Shown: positions 17,735 to 27,298 of the stretch, piece after piece
Position numbering within the stretch: the stretch's first letter is position 1
How the letters are laid out: each line of letters starts with the position of its first letter
From: Terrimicrobiaceae bacterium
GTDB lineage: Bacteria; Verrucomicrobiota; Verrucomicrobiia; Chthoniobacterales; Terrimicrobiaceae
Assembly: GCA_041674265.1 (NCBI GenBank)
Contig: JBAYWC010000002.1
Span: forward strand, 8,380 to 72,379
Direction of reading: 5' to 3'
Length of the DNA stretch: 64,000 nt
Position numbers and translations under genes: made by a program
The notes under the pieces: model-generated
What the model saw: only the letters and a program-made list of their open reading frames with translations
Told to the model about the DNA's origin: nothing
Databases searched by the model: none

Positions 17735-18012
17735 CGTTCTCGCCTCAAGCCCGCGAAGAAATCGCGGAAGCTGCGCTCTACTACGAGGGACAGCAAAGTG
17801 GGCTGGGTTCGGAATACACGGAAGAGGTGTATGCGTTCGTGCAGATGGTGACCATCGCTCCGGAGCAGCCGAGACTCAGGCGTCGTGGTTATCGAAGAGT
17901 GAATCTGGATCGTTTTCCTTACTACATCGCCTATTCGATTGAAACCGGAGTCATCTTGATTTTGGCTATCGGCCATGCTGCCCGAAAGCCCGAATACTGG
18001 ATAAAGCCATGA
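17725..18012 (+). CDS. parE: ParE/RelE-family type II toxin
   Basis: 95 aa. MQVTFSPQAREEIAEAALYYEGQ...RRVNLDRFPYYIAYSIETGVILILAIGHAARKPEYW is typical of the plasmid-stabilisation ParE/RelE fold. Its stop overlaps the res start (ATGA). Confidence 0.8.
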   Translation: MQVTFSPQAREEIAEAALYYEGQQSGLGSEYTEEVYAFVQMVTIAPEQPRLRRRGYRRVNLDRFPYYIAYSIETGVILILAIGHAARKPEYWIKP

Positions 18013-20702
18013 TCCAACTGAAGGACTACCAACAGCGGGTGCTGGAAAGCCTGCGGGCTTTTCTGAAACGCACCGCGCAAACGCGACATCCGGCGGAAGC
18101 CTTCCACGAGGTCACAGAAAAAGTCTATGGCGAGCCGCTGACCTACATTCCGGCCACGGCGGCGGGCCTGCCATCGGACATGCCGTATGTGTGCCTGCGC
18201 GTCCCAACGGGCGGAGGCAAGACGCTTCTGGCCTGCCATGCAGTGGGCATCGCGCAGACCGAGCTTCTGCGGGCCGAACACAGCGTGGTTCTCTGGCTGG
18301 TGCCGAACAATACGATCCTTGAGCAGACCGCCGACGCATTGCGCGATGTCCAGCATCCCTACCGCCGGGCGCTGGAACTCGAATGCGCCGGACCGGTCGA
18401 GGTGCTGCGGATTGATGAGGCGCTCAACCTGACCCGCGCCCGTGTCGAAGGCGCGACTGTGGTTATCGTGGCGACGATGCAAAGCTTCCGTGTCGAGGAC
18501 ACGACCGGACGCAAGGTCTATGCGCCGAGCAGCCCGTTTCAGGATCATTTTCTCAACCTGGCCCCGCAGGACAGCGCGCGGCTTTTCGAGGGGCCGGACA
18601 AGAAGCCGATCCCGAGTCTGGTGAACATGCTGCGGCTTCGACGGCCGATCGTGATCGTGGACGAGGCGCACAACGCCCGCACCGACCTTTCCTTTGCCAC
18701 GCTGGGAAATCTCCTGCCCTCGTGCATCATCGAATTCACCGCTACGCCCGCCACAACCAAGCAACCGTCGAATGTGCTGCACCGGGTATCCGCAGCCGAA
18801 CTCAAAGCCGCCGACATGGTGAAGCTGCCGCTGCGGGTCATCGCACGGGATCCGAGCCAGCGGGAGCAACTGCTCAGCGAGGCGCTTTCCCTGCGGGCCG
18901 ATCTGGAAAAACTCGCGGCCATCGAGGGCCAGCACACCGGCGAATATCTCCGGCCGATTCTGCTCATTCAGGCGGTTCGGGTGGATGACTGCAAGGACCT
19001 CAAAGCCCGGCTGGTCGCCGAGTTCGGCCTGAACGAGGCGGAGATCAAAATCTCCGTGGGCAGCTTGGATGAACTCGAAGCGATCAAGGACATCCGCGCG
19101 ACGAACTGCCCGGTGCGGATCATCATCACCGTGCAGAAACTTCGCGAGGGCTGGGATTGTCCGTTCGCGTATGTGCTGTGCAGCCTGCGCGAGACGCGGA
19201 GCGCCACCGCCATCGAGCAGATTGTCGGCCGCATACTCCGGCTTCCCGGTGCCACGCCGAAACAACATCCGGATCTCAACTGCGCGTATGCTTTTTCCGT
19301 CTCCGATTCGATGCCGGAGGTTCTGAACGAGCTGCGGCAGGCATTGGAGAGCAACGGGTTCACTCCCGCCGAGGCCGAGCGCATCGTGCTGCCGGGCGGA
19401 CAATCCACACTCGGGCTCGGGGTTCAGCCGCAGACGGTCACTGTCAATCCTGTCACGGAACTCGATGCCGCCGTGGCCCAGATCCAGAGCGGAGCACTCG
19501 CCGGAAAAGTGCGTATCAATGTGGAGAAAGGCGAGATCACGGTCATTGCCCCCCTGACTCCGGAAGAATCCGAAATGGCCGAAAGCGTGGTAAAAACGCC
19601 CGGGGCCAAAACCAAGATCCGGCAGGCCGTGCAAAAAGTGATCGAGGCCGAGAAGGCGATGGGCGGCACCGGCGCGGCCCGCGCCGCGAGCGGATACGAG
19701 CAGCAACTGGATTTCATCGTGCCGCTCCTCTGCGTGGACGAGGACGGCGAGTTGTTGGAATTTGAGAGCACGTTCCTCCTCGAACATCCGTGGAAACTGA
19801 GCGCGAAGGACGCCGCGCAGCCCGCGCACTACAATCCGCTTCAACGTCCGACCGGCGTGCTCGGGGTGATCGATGTCGGGGCCAAGGGCACGGTCGAGGG
19901 AGTGACCGTCGCCCGCGATGAGGCCGAGGATTTTATCGCCACGCTCCACCAGCAGACGCTCCAGCTCGGCGGTGACAGCCATTGGTCGCTCGAAGCCCTG
20001 GTGGCATGGATCGACGTCCGCATTCCGCACGAAGACATCCCCATGGGAGAATCCGCCGGGTTCCTGCGAAAAGTCGTTCGCGGCCTCATGGCACAACACG
20101 GATTGCAGGATGTGGACACCATCGCCCTGGACCGCTTCCGCCTGCGTGATGAGGTCGAGGATCTGATCCAGGCCCATCGCATCCACGAGAGGGAGGCTGC
20201 CTTCAAGAATTGGCTCCTTCCGGAATCCGCTCTGTCAGTGAGCGACGCGCGCGCGCTGAACTTCAAGACAAGCAGCTACGAACCGAGCTGGCTTTACGAG
20301 GGTGGACATCAGTTCAAGAAACACTACTTCGGTCCGGAGCCCGGCGAACTCCGCGAGAAGAAATCCGACGGCAAGCTGACGGAAGAGTTCCAATGCGCCT
20401 GCTACCTCGATGCGCTTCCCGCCGTGCTCTGGTGGGTGCGCAACCTGTCCCAGAAGAGCAGTTCATTCCGCCTTCAAACTTCCAAGCAGTGGTTCTTCCC
20501 CGATTTCATCTGCCAGCTTACCGATGGCCGGATTATGGCGGTGGAATACAAAGGAAAACACCTGTGGAATGATGCCGAAGAAAAGCGCGCAGTCGGGGCC
20601 GTATGGCAATCCCGGAGCAAGGGACAGTGCGTGTTTGTGATGCCAACAGATGGCGATTTTGGAGTCATCGGGAAAACCTGTCTTTCGGGAGCGAGGGAAT
20701 GA
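18009..20702 (+). CDS. res: Type III-like restriction enzyme Res subunit (SF2 helicase plus C-terminal PD-(D/E)xK nuclease)
   Basis: Walker A VPTGGGKTLLA, DEAH box IVIVDEAHNAR, and the C-terminal FFPDFICQLTDGRIMAVEYKGKHL nuclease-like motif. 897 aa. Confidence 0.85.
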   Translation: MIQLKDYQQRVLESLRAFLKRTAQTRHPAEAFHEVTEKVYGEPLTYIPATAAGLPSDMPYVCLRVPTGGGKTLLACHAVGIAQTELLRAEHSVVLWLVPNNTILEQTADALRDVQHPYRRALELECAGPVEVLRIDEALNLTRARVEGATVVIVATMQSFRVEDTTGRKVYAPSSPFQDHFLNLAPQDSARLFEGPDKKPIPSLVNMLRLRRPIVIVDEAHNARTDLSFATLGNLLPSCIIEFTATPATTKQPSNVLHRVSAAELKAADMVKLPLRVIARDPSQREQLLSEALSLRADLEKLAAIEGQHTGEYLRPILLIQAVRVDDCKDLKARLVAEFGLNEAEIKISVGSLDELEAIKDIRATNCPVRIIITVQKLREGWDCPFAYVLCSLRETRSATAIEQIVGRILRLPGATPKQHPDLNCAYAFSVSDSMPEVLNELRQALESNGFTPAEAERIVLPGGQSTLGLGVQPQTVTVNPVTELDAAVAQIQSGALAGKVRINVEKGEITVIAPLTPEESEMAESVVKTPGAKTKIRQAVQKVIEAEKAMGGTGAARAASGYEQQLDFIVPLLCVDEDGELLEFESTFLLEHPWKLSAKDAAQPAHYNPLQRPTGVLGVIDVGAKGTVEGVTVARDEAEDFIATLHQQTLQLGGDSHWSLEALVAWIDVRIPHEDIPMGESAGFLRKVVRGLMAQHGLQDVDTIALDRFRLRDEVEDLIQAHRIHEREAAFKNWLLPESALSVSDARALNFKTSSYEPSWLYEGGHQFKKHYFGPEPGELREKKSDGKLTEEFQCACYLDALPAVLWWVRNLSQKSSSFRLQTSKQWFFPDFICQLTDGRIMAVEYKGKHLWNDAEEKRAVGAVWQSRSKGQCVFVMPTDGDFGVIGKTCLSGARE

Positions 20703-21736
20703 GCTTCCAGCACAAACCGGGCGTTTTGTTGATGAATCTCGGATCGCCGGATTCGACCTCCGTGTCCGACGTGAGGGAATACCTGCGCGAGTTTCTCATG
20801 GACCCGCGCGTGCTCGACTCCCCGTGGCTTGTCCGCTGGTGCGTGGTCCATTTCGCGATCCTGCCGACCCGCCCCGCGCAATCGGCGGAGGCCTACGAAA
20901 AAATCTGGACGAAGGGCGGCTCGCCGCTCGTCGCCACAAGCCGCAACGTGCAGCGCGAGATGCAGCGCCGGTTCGGGGACGGCGCCGTCATCGAACTCGC
21001 GATGCGTTACCGGAACCCCGGGATCGGGTCCGCCATCCGGCATCTGCGCGAACAGGGAGTCACGGACCTTTTGGTGTTCCCGCTTTTTCCCCACTTTGCG
21101 ATGTCGAGTTTTGAAACGGCGGTTGTCCGCGCGCGGGAAGTCGCCGCCCGGCTGGCGCCGGAGATGAAGCTGAAAATCGCGGAGCCGTATTACGACGACC
21201 CCGGCTACATCGCGGCGCTCGCCGCCAGCGCGGAGGATTTCCTCGATGCGGGCTACGATCATCTGCTGTTCAGTTTCCACGGTCTGCCCGAACGTCACCT
21301 CCGCAAGGCCAACCCGGGCCATTGCCTGGCCGCCCCCAACTGCTGCGAAACCCCCGGCCCCGCCCTCCACACCTGCTACCGCGCCCAATGCTTCGCCACC
21401 GTCCGCGCCTTTGTCGAAGCAACCGGCGTCCCCACAAACAAGCACTCGGTCTCCTTCCAGTCGCGGCTCGGACGCGATCCCTGGCTCAAGCCCTACACCG
21501 ATTTCGAGTTCACCCGTCTTGCCGGAACCGGCGTCAAAAAACTTCTGGTCATCTGCCCGGCCTTCGTCTCCGACTGCCTCGAAACCGTCGAGGAAATCGC
21601 CATCCGCGGACGCGCAACCTTCCTCGAAGCCGGCGGAACCGAATTCGCCCTCACCCCGTGCATGAACGAGCATCCACGATGGCTCGAAGCGCTGGAAAAA
21701 ATCCTCCGCGCGGAATTGCCGGCGAACCAGGACTAG
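20699..21736 (+). CDS. hemH: ferrochelatase
   Basis: MSFQHKPGVLLMNLGSPDSTSVSDVREYLREFLMDPRVLD opening. The ATG overlaps the res stop. Confidence 0.9.
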   Translation: MSFQHKPGVLLMNLGSPDSTSVSDVREYLREFLMDPRVLDSPWLVRWCVVHFAILPTRPAQSAEAYEKIWTKGGSPLVATSRNVQREMQRRFGDGAVIELAMRYRNPGIGSAIRHLREQGVTDLLVFPLFPHFAMSSFETAVVRAREVAARLAPEMKLKIAEPYYDDPGYIAALAASAEDFLDAGYDHLLFSFHGLPERHLRKANPGHCLAAPNCCETPGPALHTCYRAQCFATVRAFVEATGVPTNKHSVSFQSRLGRDPWLKPYTDFEFTRLAGTGVKKLLVICPAFVSDCLETVEEIAIRGRATFLEAGGTEFALTPCMNEHPRWLEALEKILRAELPANQD

Positions 21737-22025
21737 GCCCTGCCCGACTCCAATGGGACAGGAATGTGGCGGAACACGGGCGTGTTTCGCAAACATGGTT
21801 TTCGCTCTTAGCCCGGAACACCCGCGAGAGGGCGCTTGTCGTGATATGGGCGAGTCGGATTGGTTTTTCTCCGTTCCTTCGCGCCTCCGCGGCTTGGCGG
21901 GAGATACTCTGGTTGATTCGATGGCGGGCAGGGTGCCCGCGCTCCGTTTACCCTGCGCCTCTGCGCGAGATCGCCTGTGTTTCGGACGCGTGACAACCGG
22001 CGCGGGATCTGCGAGAGAAGGCGGC

Positions 22026-24674
22026 ATGCCGGACGATGCTGAATCACGACGGATGGCGGCGCGGGATGCGGGTCATGAACCTTGGGGGCTCTGGGGATCC
22101 TATCTGAGCGACCGGCAGTGGGGCACGGTGCGCGAAGATTATTCCGCCGACGGGGATGCATGGACATTTTTCCCGCATGAACATGCCCGATCTCGTGTTT
22201 ACCGTTGGGGCGAGGATGGACTCTTGGGAATCAGCGATTCCGATGGCAGATTATGCTTTGCTCCTGCCTTTTGGAACGGCAAGGACCGGATGCTCAAGGA
22301 ACGTCCGTTCGGGCTCTCGAACCCGCAGGGCAATCATGGCGAGGATCTCAAGGACTATTTTTATCACCTCGACAATACACCCGCGCACAGCTTCATGCGG
22401 GGGCTCTACAAATACCCGCAGGCCGCTTTTCCGTATGACCACCTGGTCGAAGAAAATGGCCGCCGCCCGCGCAGCGAACCGGAATACGAGCTTGTGGACA
22501 CCGGAGTTTTCAACGACGGCCGCTATTTTGATATCTTCGTGGAATACGCGAAAGAGACCGCCGAGGACATCGGCATCCGGATCCGCGCCATCAACCGCGG
22601 GCCCGATCCCGCGCCGCTGACCGTTCTCCCGACACTCTGGTTCCGCAATACCTGGTCGTGGGGCCAGGCGGAGGCCACGAAGCCGGAGATGCATCTTGCC
22701 GCGCATGGGACTGCGGTCATCGCTCATCCGTGGGGGTTGCCCGAGTACCACCTCTATTGCGAGGCTGCCGGCGAATTCCTTTTCACGGATAATGAGACAA
22801 ATGCCGGCCGGCTTTTCGGAGCCAAAAATCCCGCACCTTATTTGAAGGACGGTTTTCACGATTTTCTCATCGGCGGAAAAGCCGATGCGGTGAATCCTTC
22901 GCATTGCGGGACCAAGGCGGCGCCGGTTTATCGGCGGACGCTTGCAGCCGGCGAGGAATGGACGCTCCGCCTGCGTTTGTGCCGTCCGCCGAAGCCGGAG
23001 GCATTCGGCCAGGCCTTTGAGGAGTTGTTCCAGCGCAGGGAACGGGAGTGCGCGGAGTTTTACGAGCGCCGCTCTCCCGGCATGCCCGCGGAACTCGCGC
23101 TCGTCCATCGCAGCGCTCTGGCCGGCCTCCTCTGGTGCAAAAAGTTCTATTACTACCCGGTCATTCAATGGCTCCAGGGCGACCCCACCATGCCGCCCCC
23201 GCCGCCGGGGCGGTGGCACGGACGGAACAGTTTCTGGAAGGAGCTGCACGCGCACGATGTCATTTCGATGCCCGATTCGTGGGAGTATCCGTATTTCTGC
23301 GCGTGGGACCTGATGTTCCAGTCGGTCGCGTTCACGGTGGCCGATCCCGCCACCGCAAAGAAGCAGAGCATGCTTCTGCGCGGCGAGCGCTACACGTCCC
23401 CCAGCGCGCAACAGCCCGCCTACGAATGGGCGCTCTCGGATGCGAACCCCCCGATCGGAGGCTGGGCGAGCTGGCGGATTTATTCCATCGAGCGCGGGAT
23501 GACCGGAAAAGGGGATGTCTTCTACCTCAAAAAGGCCTTCAACAAATTGCTGCTCGGGTATTCCTGGTGGGCGAACCGAGTGGACCAGACCGGCGACAAT
23601 GTCTTCGAGGGCGGGTTCCTCGGCCTCGACAACATCGGGGTCTTCGACCGGAGATACCCTCTCCCCGATGGGAGCAAAATCGAGCAAAGCGACGGCACCG
23701 CGTGGATGGCGATGTTCTGCCTCAACATGCTCAACATCGCGATCGAACTGGCGAAAACCGAGCCGGAATACGAGGACATCGCCGACAAATTTCTCAACGA
23801 CTTCATCTATCTTGCCGCCGCGGTCAACGCCGTGGGTTCGGGAGGCTTTGCGCTCTGGGACGATGACGACGGATTTTATTATGATGTGCTCAAGCGACCG
23901 GATGGTTCGAATGCCTATTTGAAGACCCGCTCGATCGCGGGCCTGACCCCCCTGTTTGCGGTGGAGAGCTTTGACTCGGCGACCGCACAGCAGTTTCCCC
24001 TCCTCTGCAAGCGGATCGAATGGTTTGCCAAGCACCGCCCGCACCTGCTCGAACAGCTTCATCATATCGGTCGGCAAGTGGATGGCAGGCTGCTCGTCTC
24101 GCTGGTTCCTCCGGAGCGCCTGCGCCGGCTCTGTGAACGGCTCTTCGACGAGGAGGAATTTCTCTCGCCTCATGGCATCCGCGCCCTCTCGCGCGTTTAC
24201 AAAGACCAGCCCTACACGTTCACCGAGGGGGAGGAAACAGAGACCCTCTGCTACACCGCCGCAGACAGCCCGGTGGCGATGTTCGGCGGAAATTCCAACT
24301 GGCGCGGCCCGGTCTGGATGCCGATGAATTACCTCCTCATCGAAGCCCTCCAAAAATTCGCGTTTTATTTCGGCGATACGTTCGAAGTCGAATTTCCCAG
24401 CGGCAGCGGCATCGAGATGAACCTCTGGGACATCACCATCGAACTCGAACGCCGGCTCGTCGGAATCTTCGCGCGGGGCGCCGACGGACGCCGCCCGTTC
24501 AACGGCGGCGTGGACCTCTTCCAAAACGACCCCCACTGGCGCGACCTCCTCCTCTTCAACGAATACTTCAACGGGGACAACGGCGCCGGTGTTGGAGCCA
24601 GCCACCAGACCGGCTGGACCGCTCTCGTCGCCAAGATGGCCCGCCAAATTCACACGTTCGACAAATCGATTTAG
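22026..24674 (+). CDS. GH63-like (MGH1/YgjK-type) glycoside hydrolase
   Basis: ~880 aa. WGLWGSYLSDRQWGTVREDYSADGDAWTFFPHEHARSRVYRWGEDG matches my recollection of this family. Start set at ATG 22026 rather than the upstream ORF extension. Confidence 0.6.
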   Translation: MPDDAESRRMAARDAGHEPWGLWGSYLSDRQWGTVREDYSADGDAWTFFPHEHARSRVYRWGEDGLLGISDSDGRLCFAPAFWNGKDRMLKERPFGLSNPQGNHGEDLKDYFYHLDNTPAHSFMRGLYKYPQAAFPYDHLVEENGRRPRSEPEYELVDTGVFNDGRYFDIFVEYAKETAEDIGIRIRAINRGPDPAPLTVLPTLWFRNTWSWGQAEATKPEMHLAAHGTAVIAHPWGLPEYHLYCEAAGEFLFTDNETNAGRLFGAKNPAPYLKDGFHDFLIGGKADAVNPSHCGTKAAPVYRRTLAAGEEWTLRLRLCRPPKPEAFGQAFEELFQRRERECAEFYERRSPGMPAELALVHRSALAGLLWCKKFYYYPVIQWLQGDPTMPPPPPGRWHGRNSFWKELHAHDVISMPDSWEYPYFCAWDLMFQSVAFTVADPATAKKQSMLLRGERYTSPSAQQPAYEWALSDANPPIGGWASWRIYSIERGMTGKGDVFYLKKAFNKLLLGYSWWANRVDQTGDNVFEGGFLGLDNIGVFDRRYPLPDGSKIEQSDGTAWMAMFCLNMLNIAIELAKTEPEYEDIADKFLNDFIYLAAAVNAVGSGGFALWDDDDGFYYDVLKRPDGSNAYLKTRSIAGLTPLFAVESFDSATAQQFPLLCKRIEWFAKHRPHLLEQLHHIGRQVDGRLLVSLVPPERLRRLCERLFDEEEFLSPHGIRALSRVYKDQPYTFTEGEETETLCYTAADSPVAMFGGNSNWRGPVWMPMNYLLIEALQKFAFYFGDTFEVEFPSGSGIEMNLWDITIELERRLVGIFARGADGRRPFNGGVDLFQNDPHWRDLLLFNEYFNGDNGAGVGASHQTGWTALVAKMARQIHTFDKSI

Positions 24675-24684
24675 CCCGGAAAAA

Positions 24685-25737
24685 TCACAGGGAGGCCAGC
24701 CGGCCGCCGGCGAGTTTGAAGACCGTGTCGGAGGGTTTGTGTTCGGCCCAGTCGAGGAAGGTGGTGGTGATGATCGTCTGGCTTTGCGGGGGGAGCGAGG
24801 CGAGGAGCCTGTTGCGGCGGTCGGGGTCGAGTTCTCCGAAGATATCGTCGATGAGGAGGATGGGGGCGCGGTTCTGGACAGCTTCCAAATGGCGGGCCTG
24901 GGCCAGCTTCAAGGAAAGCGCGAGCCCGCGGTGCTGGCCCTCGGAGGCGAACCCGGCGGCCTCCCGGCCATTGATCGCGATGCCCAAATCGTCGCGGTGC
25001 GGGCCGACGACCGTCTGCCGGAGGCGCGTCTCTTCCTGCCGCGAGCCGGCCAGCGTTGCCGCAAACGGACTCCCGCCGCCCGCCCGGTAGGAAATCTTCA
25101 CGGAATCCGATCCGCCGCTGATTTCCAGGCAGGCGGTGCGCGCAATGGGAGCCAGCTCTTCGCAAAGCCGCGCGCGGGCGGCAAAGAGGAACTCCGCGGC
25201 TTCCACCAGCGGCGGATCAAAGGCCTCGATCTCGCGGCGGGGGCGGTTGTCTTTGAGCAACGCATTTCGCGAACGCAGCGCCTTTTCATAGGAGCGGAGG
25301 GATTTTCTGTAGCCCGGCACACATTGCATCCCAGCAAAGTCCAGATATCGGCGCCGGACCGATCCGCCTCCGCGCACGAGATCGAGATCGGTATTCGCGA
25401 ACCAGGCCACCCTTCCCACGTCGAGGTAGTCATCGGTATGGGTCTGCGGCTTCGAATCCAGAAGCAATTCCCGTCCCTCGTGCGAATAGTGGAAGACCAG
25501 GTGGATTCCGGAAAAGTGGGCATTAAGGGAAAACCGCGGACGGCCGAACCGGATGGCCTCGGCGGTTGTGATGGTGCGCGGCGATTGCAGGCGCAGCAAC
25601 AGGCAGACCGCCTCCAGGATCGAAGTTTTTCCCTGCGCGTTTGCGCCCATCACGAACGTGCGTCCCGGTTCCAAGGAAATCTCCAGCAAGTCGAAGCAGC
25701 GAAAATCCTGCAATCTCAAATCGGTGAGCACCCGCAC
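24685..25737 (-). CDS. recF: DNA replication and repair protein RecF
   Basis: MRVLTDLRLQDFRCFD...GANAQGKTSILEAV Walker A. C-terminal LLIDDIFGELD. Confidence 0.9.
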   Translation of the reverse strand: MRVLTDLRLQDFRCFDLLEISLEPGRTFVMGANAQGKTSILEAVCLLLRLQSPRTITTAEAIRFGRPRFSLNAHFSGIHLVFHYSHEGRELLLDSKPQTHTDDYLDVGRVAWFANTDLDLVRGGGSVRRRYLDFAGMQCVPGYRKSLRSYEKALRSRNALLKDNRPRREIEAFDPPLVEAAEFLFAARARLCEELAPIARTACLEISGGSDSVKISYRAGGGSPFAATLAGSRQEETRLRQTVVGPHRDDLGIAINGREAAGFASEGQHRGLALSLKLAQARHLEAVQNRAPILLIDDIFGELDPDRRNRLLASLPPQSQTIITTTFLDWAEHKPSDTVFKLAGGRLASL

Positions 25738-25776
25738 ATCATGCCCGACGCGGACACGAGGTCAAACCCGGGGAAT

Positions 25777-26113
25777 CAAAAGGCGGTCAGCCGATCGCGG
25801 AATCCTTTCGCTCCGCCGCATCGGGATTCCACCAACGGCCGATGGCCGAGGATCGCGAAGACGTTGGATGTATAGATGATGAACGTATCTTCGGCGATGG
25901 CGAATATGGCCGGGATCGAATCCACCGCAAAGAGGAGATCGCTCGCTTCGATGCAGAGAAGGGCGGCGAAAAGCGGGTGGCGGCGAGGCGCCCGGATTCG
26001 CGGGCGAAGAATTTCCGCCCATGGTAATCCTTGGTGGCCGGCGCCCGTTTCCGCAACAGCCTGAGGGCGATGTTTTTTCCCGGATCCATCGGCTCGTGCC
26101 TGCCGAAAACCAT
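25777..26113 (-). pseudogene. TerC-family membrane protein fragment (central ~105 codons, one frameshift)
   Basis: One frame reads [37 protein letters not shown]. After a 1-nt shift the next reads [44 protein letters not shown]. Together these form the conserved TerC core. The N- and C-terminal thirds are absent. Confidence 0.7.
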
Positions 26114-26128
26114 CCGGAATCGGGGCGG

Positions 26129-26776
26129 CTATTTTTTTTCGGCGGGCTTCTTTTTCTTGGAAGGCCGGACGATCACATAGGAACCTTTGGCTCCGGGAAC
26201 CGCCCCGCTGACGACAATGACACCCTCTTCGCCGCGCACCTGGAGGATGCGGAGGTTTTGAAGGGTGACGCGCCCATCGCCCATATGGCCGGGCATGCCC
26301 ATGTTTTTCCAGACGCGGCCCGGTGTCGAGCGGTTGCCGATGGCGCCGTTCCGGCGGTGCATCGTCGAACCGTGGGTCATGGGCTGGCCTTGGAAGTTGT
26401 GCTTTTTGATCGTGCCCTGAAAGCCCTTGCCCTTCGACTGGCCGATGACATCCACGAATTGGCCGGTTTCGAAGACCGTGACCGCGACGTCCGCGGATTC
26501 CGGAGCGGTTTCGCCCTCGGCAAGACGGAATTCGCGGATGAACCGCTTGGGCGTCGAGGAGGTTTTTCCAAAGTGCCCGGTTTGCGCCTTCGTCACGCGC
26601 TGGGGTTTCTGGTCGTCAAATCCGACCTGGACCGCCGCGTAGCCGTCCTTGTCGGCGTTTTTGGTTTGAAGAATGCGATTGCCTCCGGCCGCGATGACGG
26701 TGGCGGGAGTGCTGCGGCCCTTGTCGTCGTAGACGCGGGTCATTCCGAGTTTTTTTCCGAGAAGTCCAATGCTCAT
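26129..26776 (-). CDS. rplC: 50S ribosomal protein L3
   Basis: [28 protein letters not shown]... Full-length L3. Confidence 0.95.
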   Translation of the reverse strand: MSIGLLGKKLGMTRVYDDKGRSTPATVIAAGGNRILQTKNADKDGYAAVQVGFDDQKPQRVTKAQTGHFGKTSSTPKRFIREFRLAEGETAPESADVAVTVFETGQFVDVIGQSKGKGFQGTIKKHNFQGQPMTHGSTMHRRNGAIGNRSTPGRVWKNMGMPGHMGDGRVTLQNLRILQVRGEEGVIVVSGAVPGAKGSYVIVRPSKKKKPAEKK

Positions 26777-26781
26777 GGCTG

Positions 26782-27099
26782 TCAGATTTTGATGGTGATG
26801 TCGACCCCGGCCGGAAGGTTCAGTTTGCGGAGCTCGTCAACGGTCTTGGCCGTGGGTTCCACGATGTCGAGAAGCCGTTTGTGGGTGCGGATTTCGAATT
26901 GCTCCATCGACTTTTTGTCGACGTGGGGCGAGCGGTTGACGGTGAATTTTTCGATGCGTGTCGGGAGGGGGATCGGTCCGGTCACTTTGGACCCCGTGCG
27001 CTTCGCGGTTTCCACAATCTCATGCGCGGAGGCATCGAGAATGCGGTAGTCGAATCCTTTGAGCCGGATCCGGATTTTTTGGGCTGATGGTGCTGACAT
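26782..27099 (-). CDS. rpsJ: 30S ribosomal protein S10
   Basis: Start set at [22 protein letters not shown] (ATG at 27099). 105 aa. Confidence 0.95.
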   Translation of the reverse strand: MSAPSAQKIRIRLKGFDYRILDASAHEIVETAKRTGSKVTGPIPLPTRIEKFTVNRSPHVDKKSMEQFEIRTHKRLLDIVEPTAKTVDELRKLNLPAGVDITIKI

Positions 27100-27298
27100 A
27101 AGAAAGAACAGTGAATGTTTGTGTGAAATCCCGACATCGAACGGGATGGAGAGAGTAGGGATGCGCGCCGCGGTGGCAAGGGAATTTTTCGAAAAATGTT
27201 GGCGGCGGACGGCCTCTGATTCTTTTCCATGACAGATCGTCGCGCGCGCCAGGGGGCCGATCAAATTTCTTTTCCTGGCGGCTTGGCGGCGTCATGCT

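Noticed and set aside
13041-20698. The island as a prophage or integrative element.
   Set aside because: No integrase, recombinase, phage structural genes, adjacent tRNA or flanking direct repeats were seen. The only mobility-related content is the RAYT/REP cassette and the TA genes.
21866-21935. A possible inverted, diverged third copy of the CCCGAATTC...TTTTCGGG repeat between hemH and the GH63-like gene.
   Set aside because: Only short blocks match (TTTTCTCCG, TGATTCG). That is too weak to call by eye without a formal alignment.
25787-26113. 108-aa ORF as a genuine small protein or as rplD downstream of rplC.
   Set aside because: It bears no resemblance to L4. Together with the adjacent frame it reconstitutes only the central part of a TerC-family protein, so it is treated as a pseudogene fragment.
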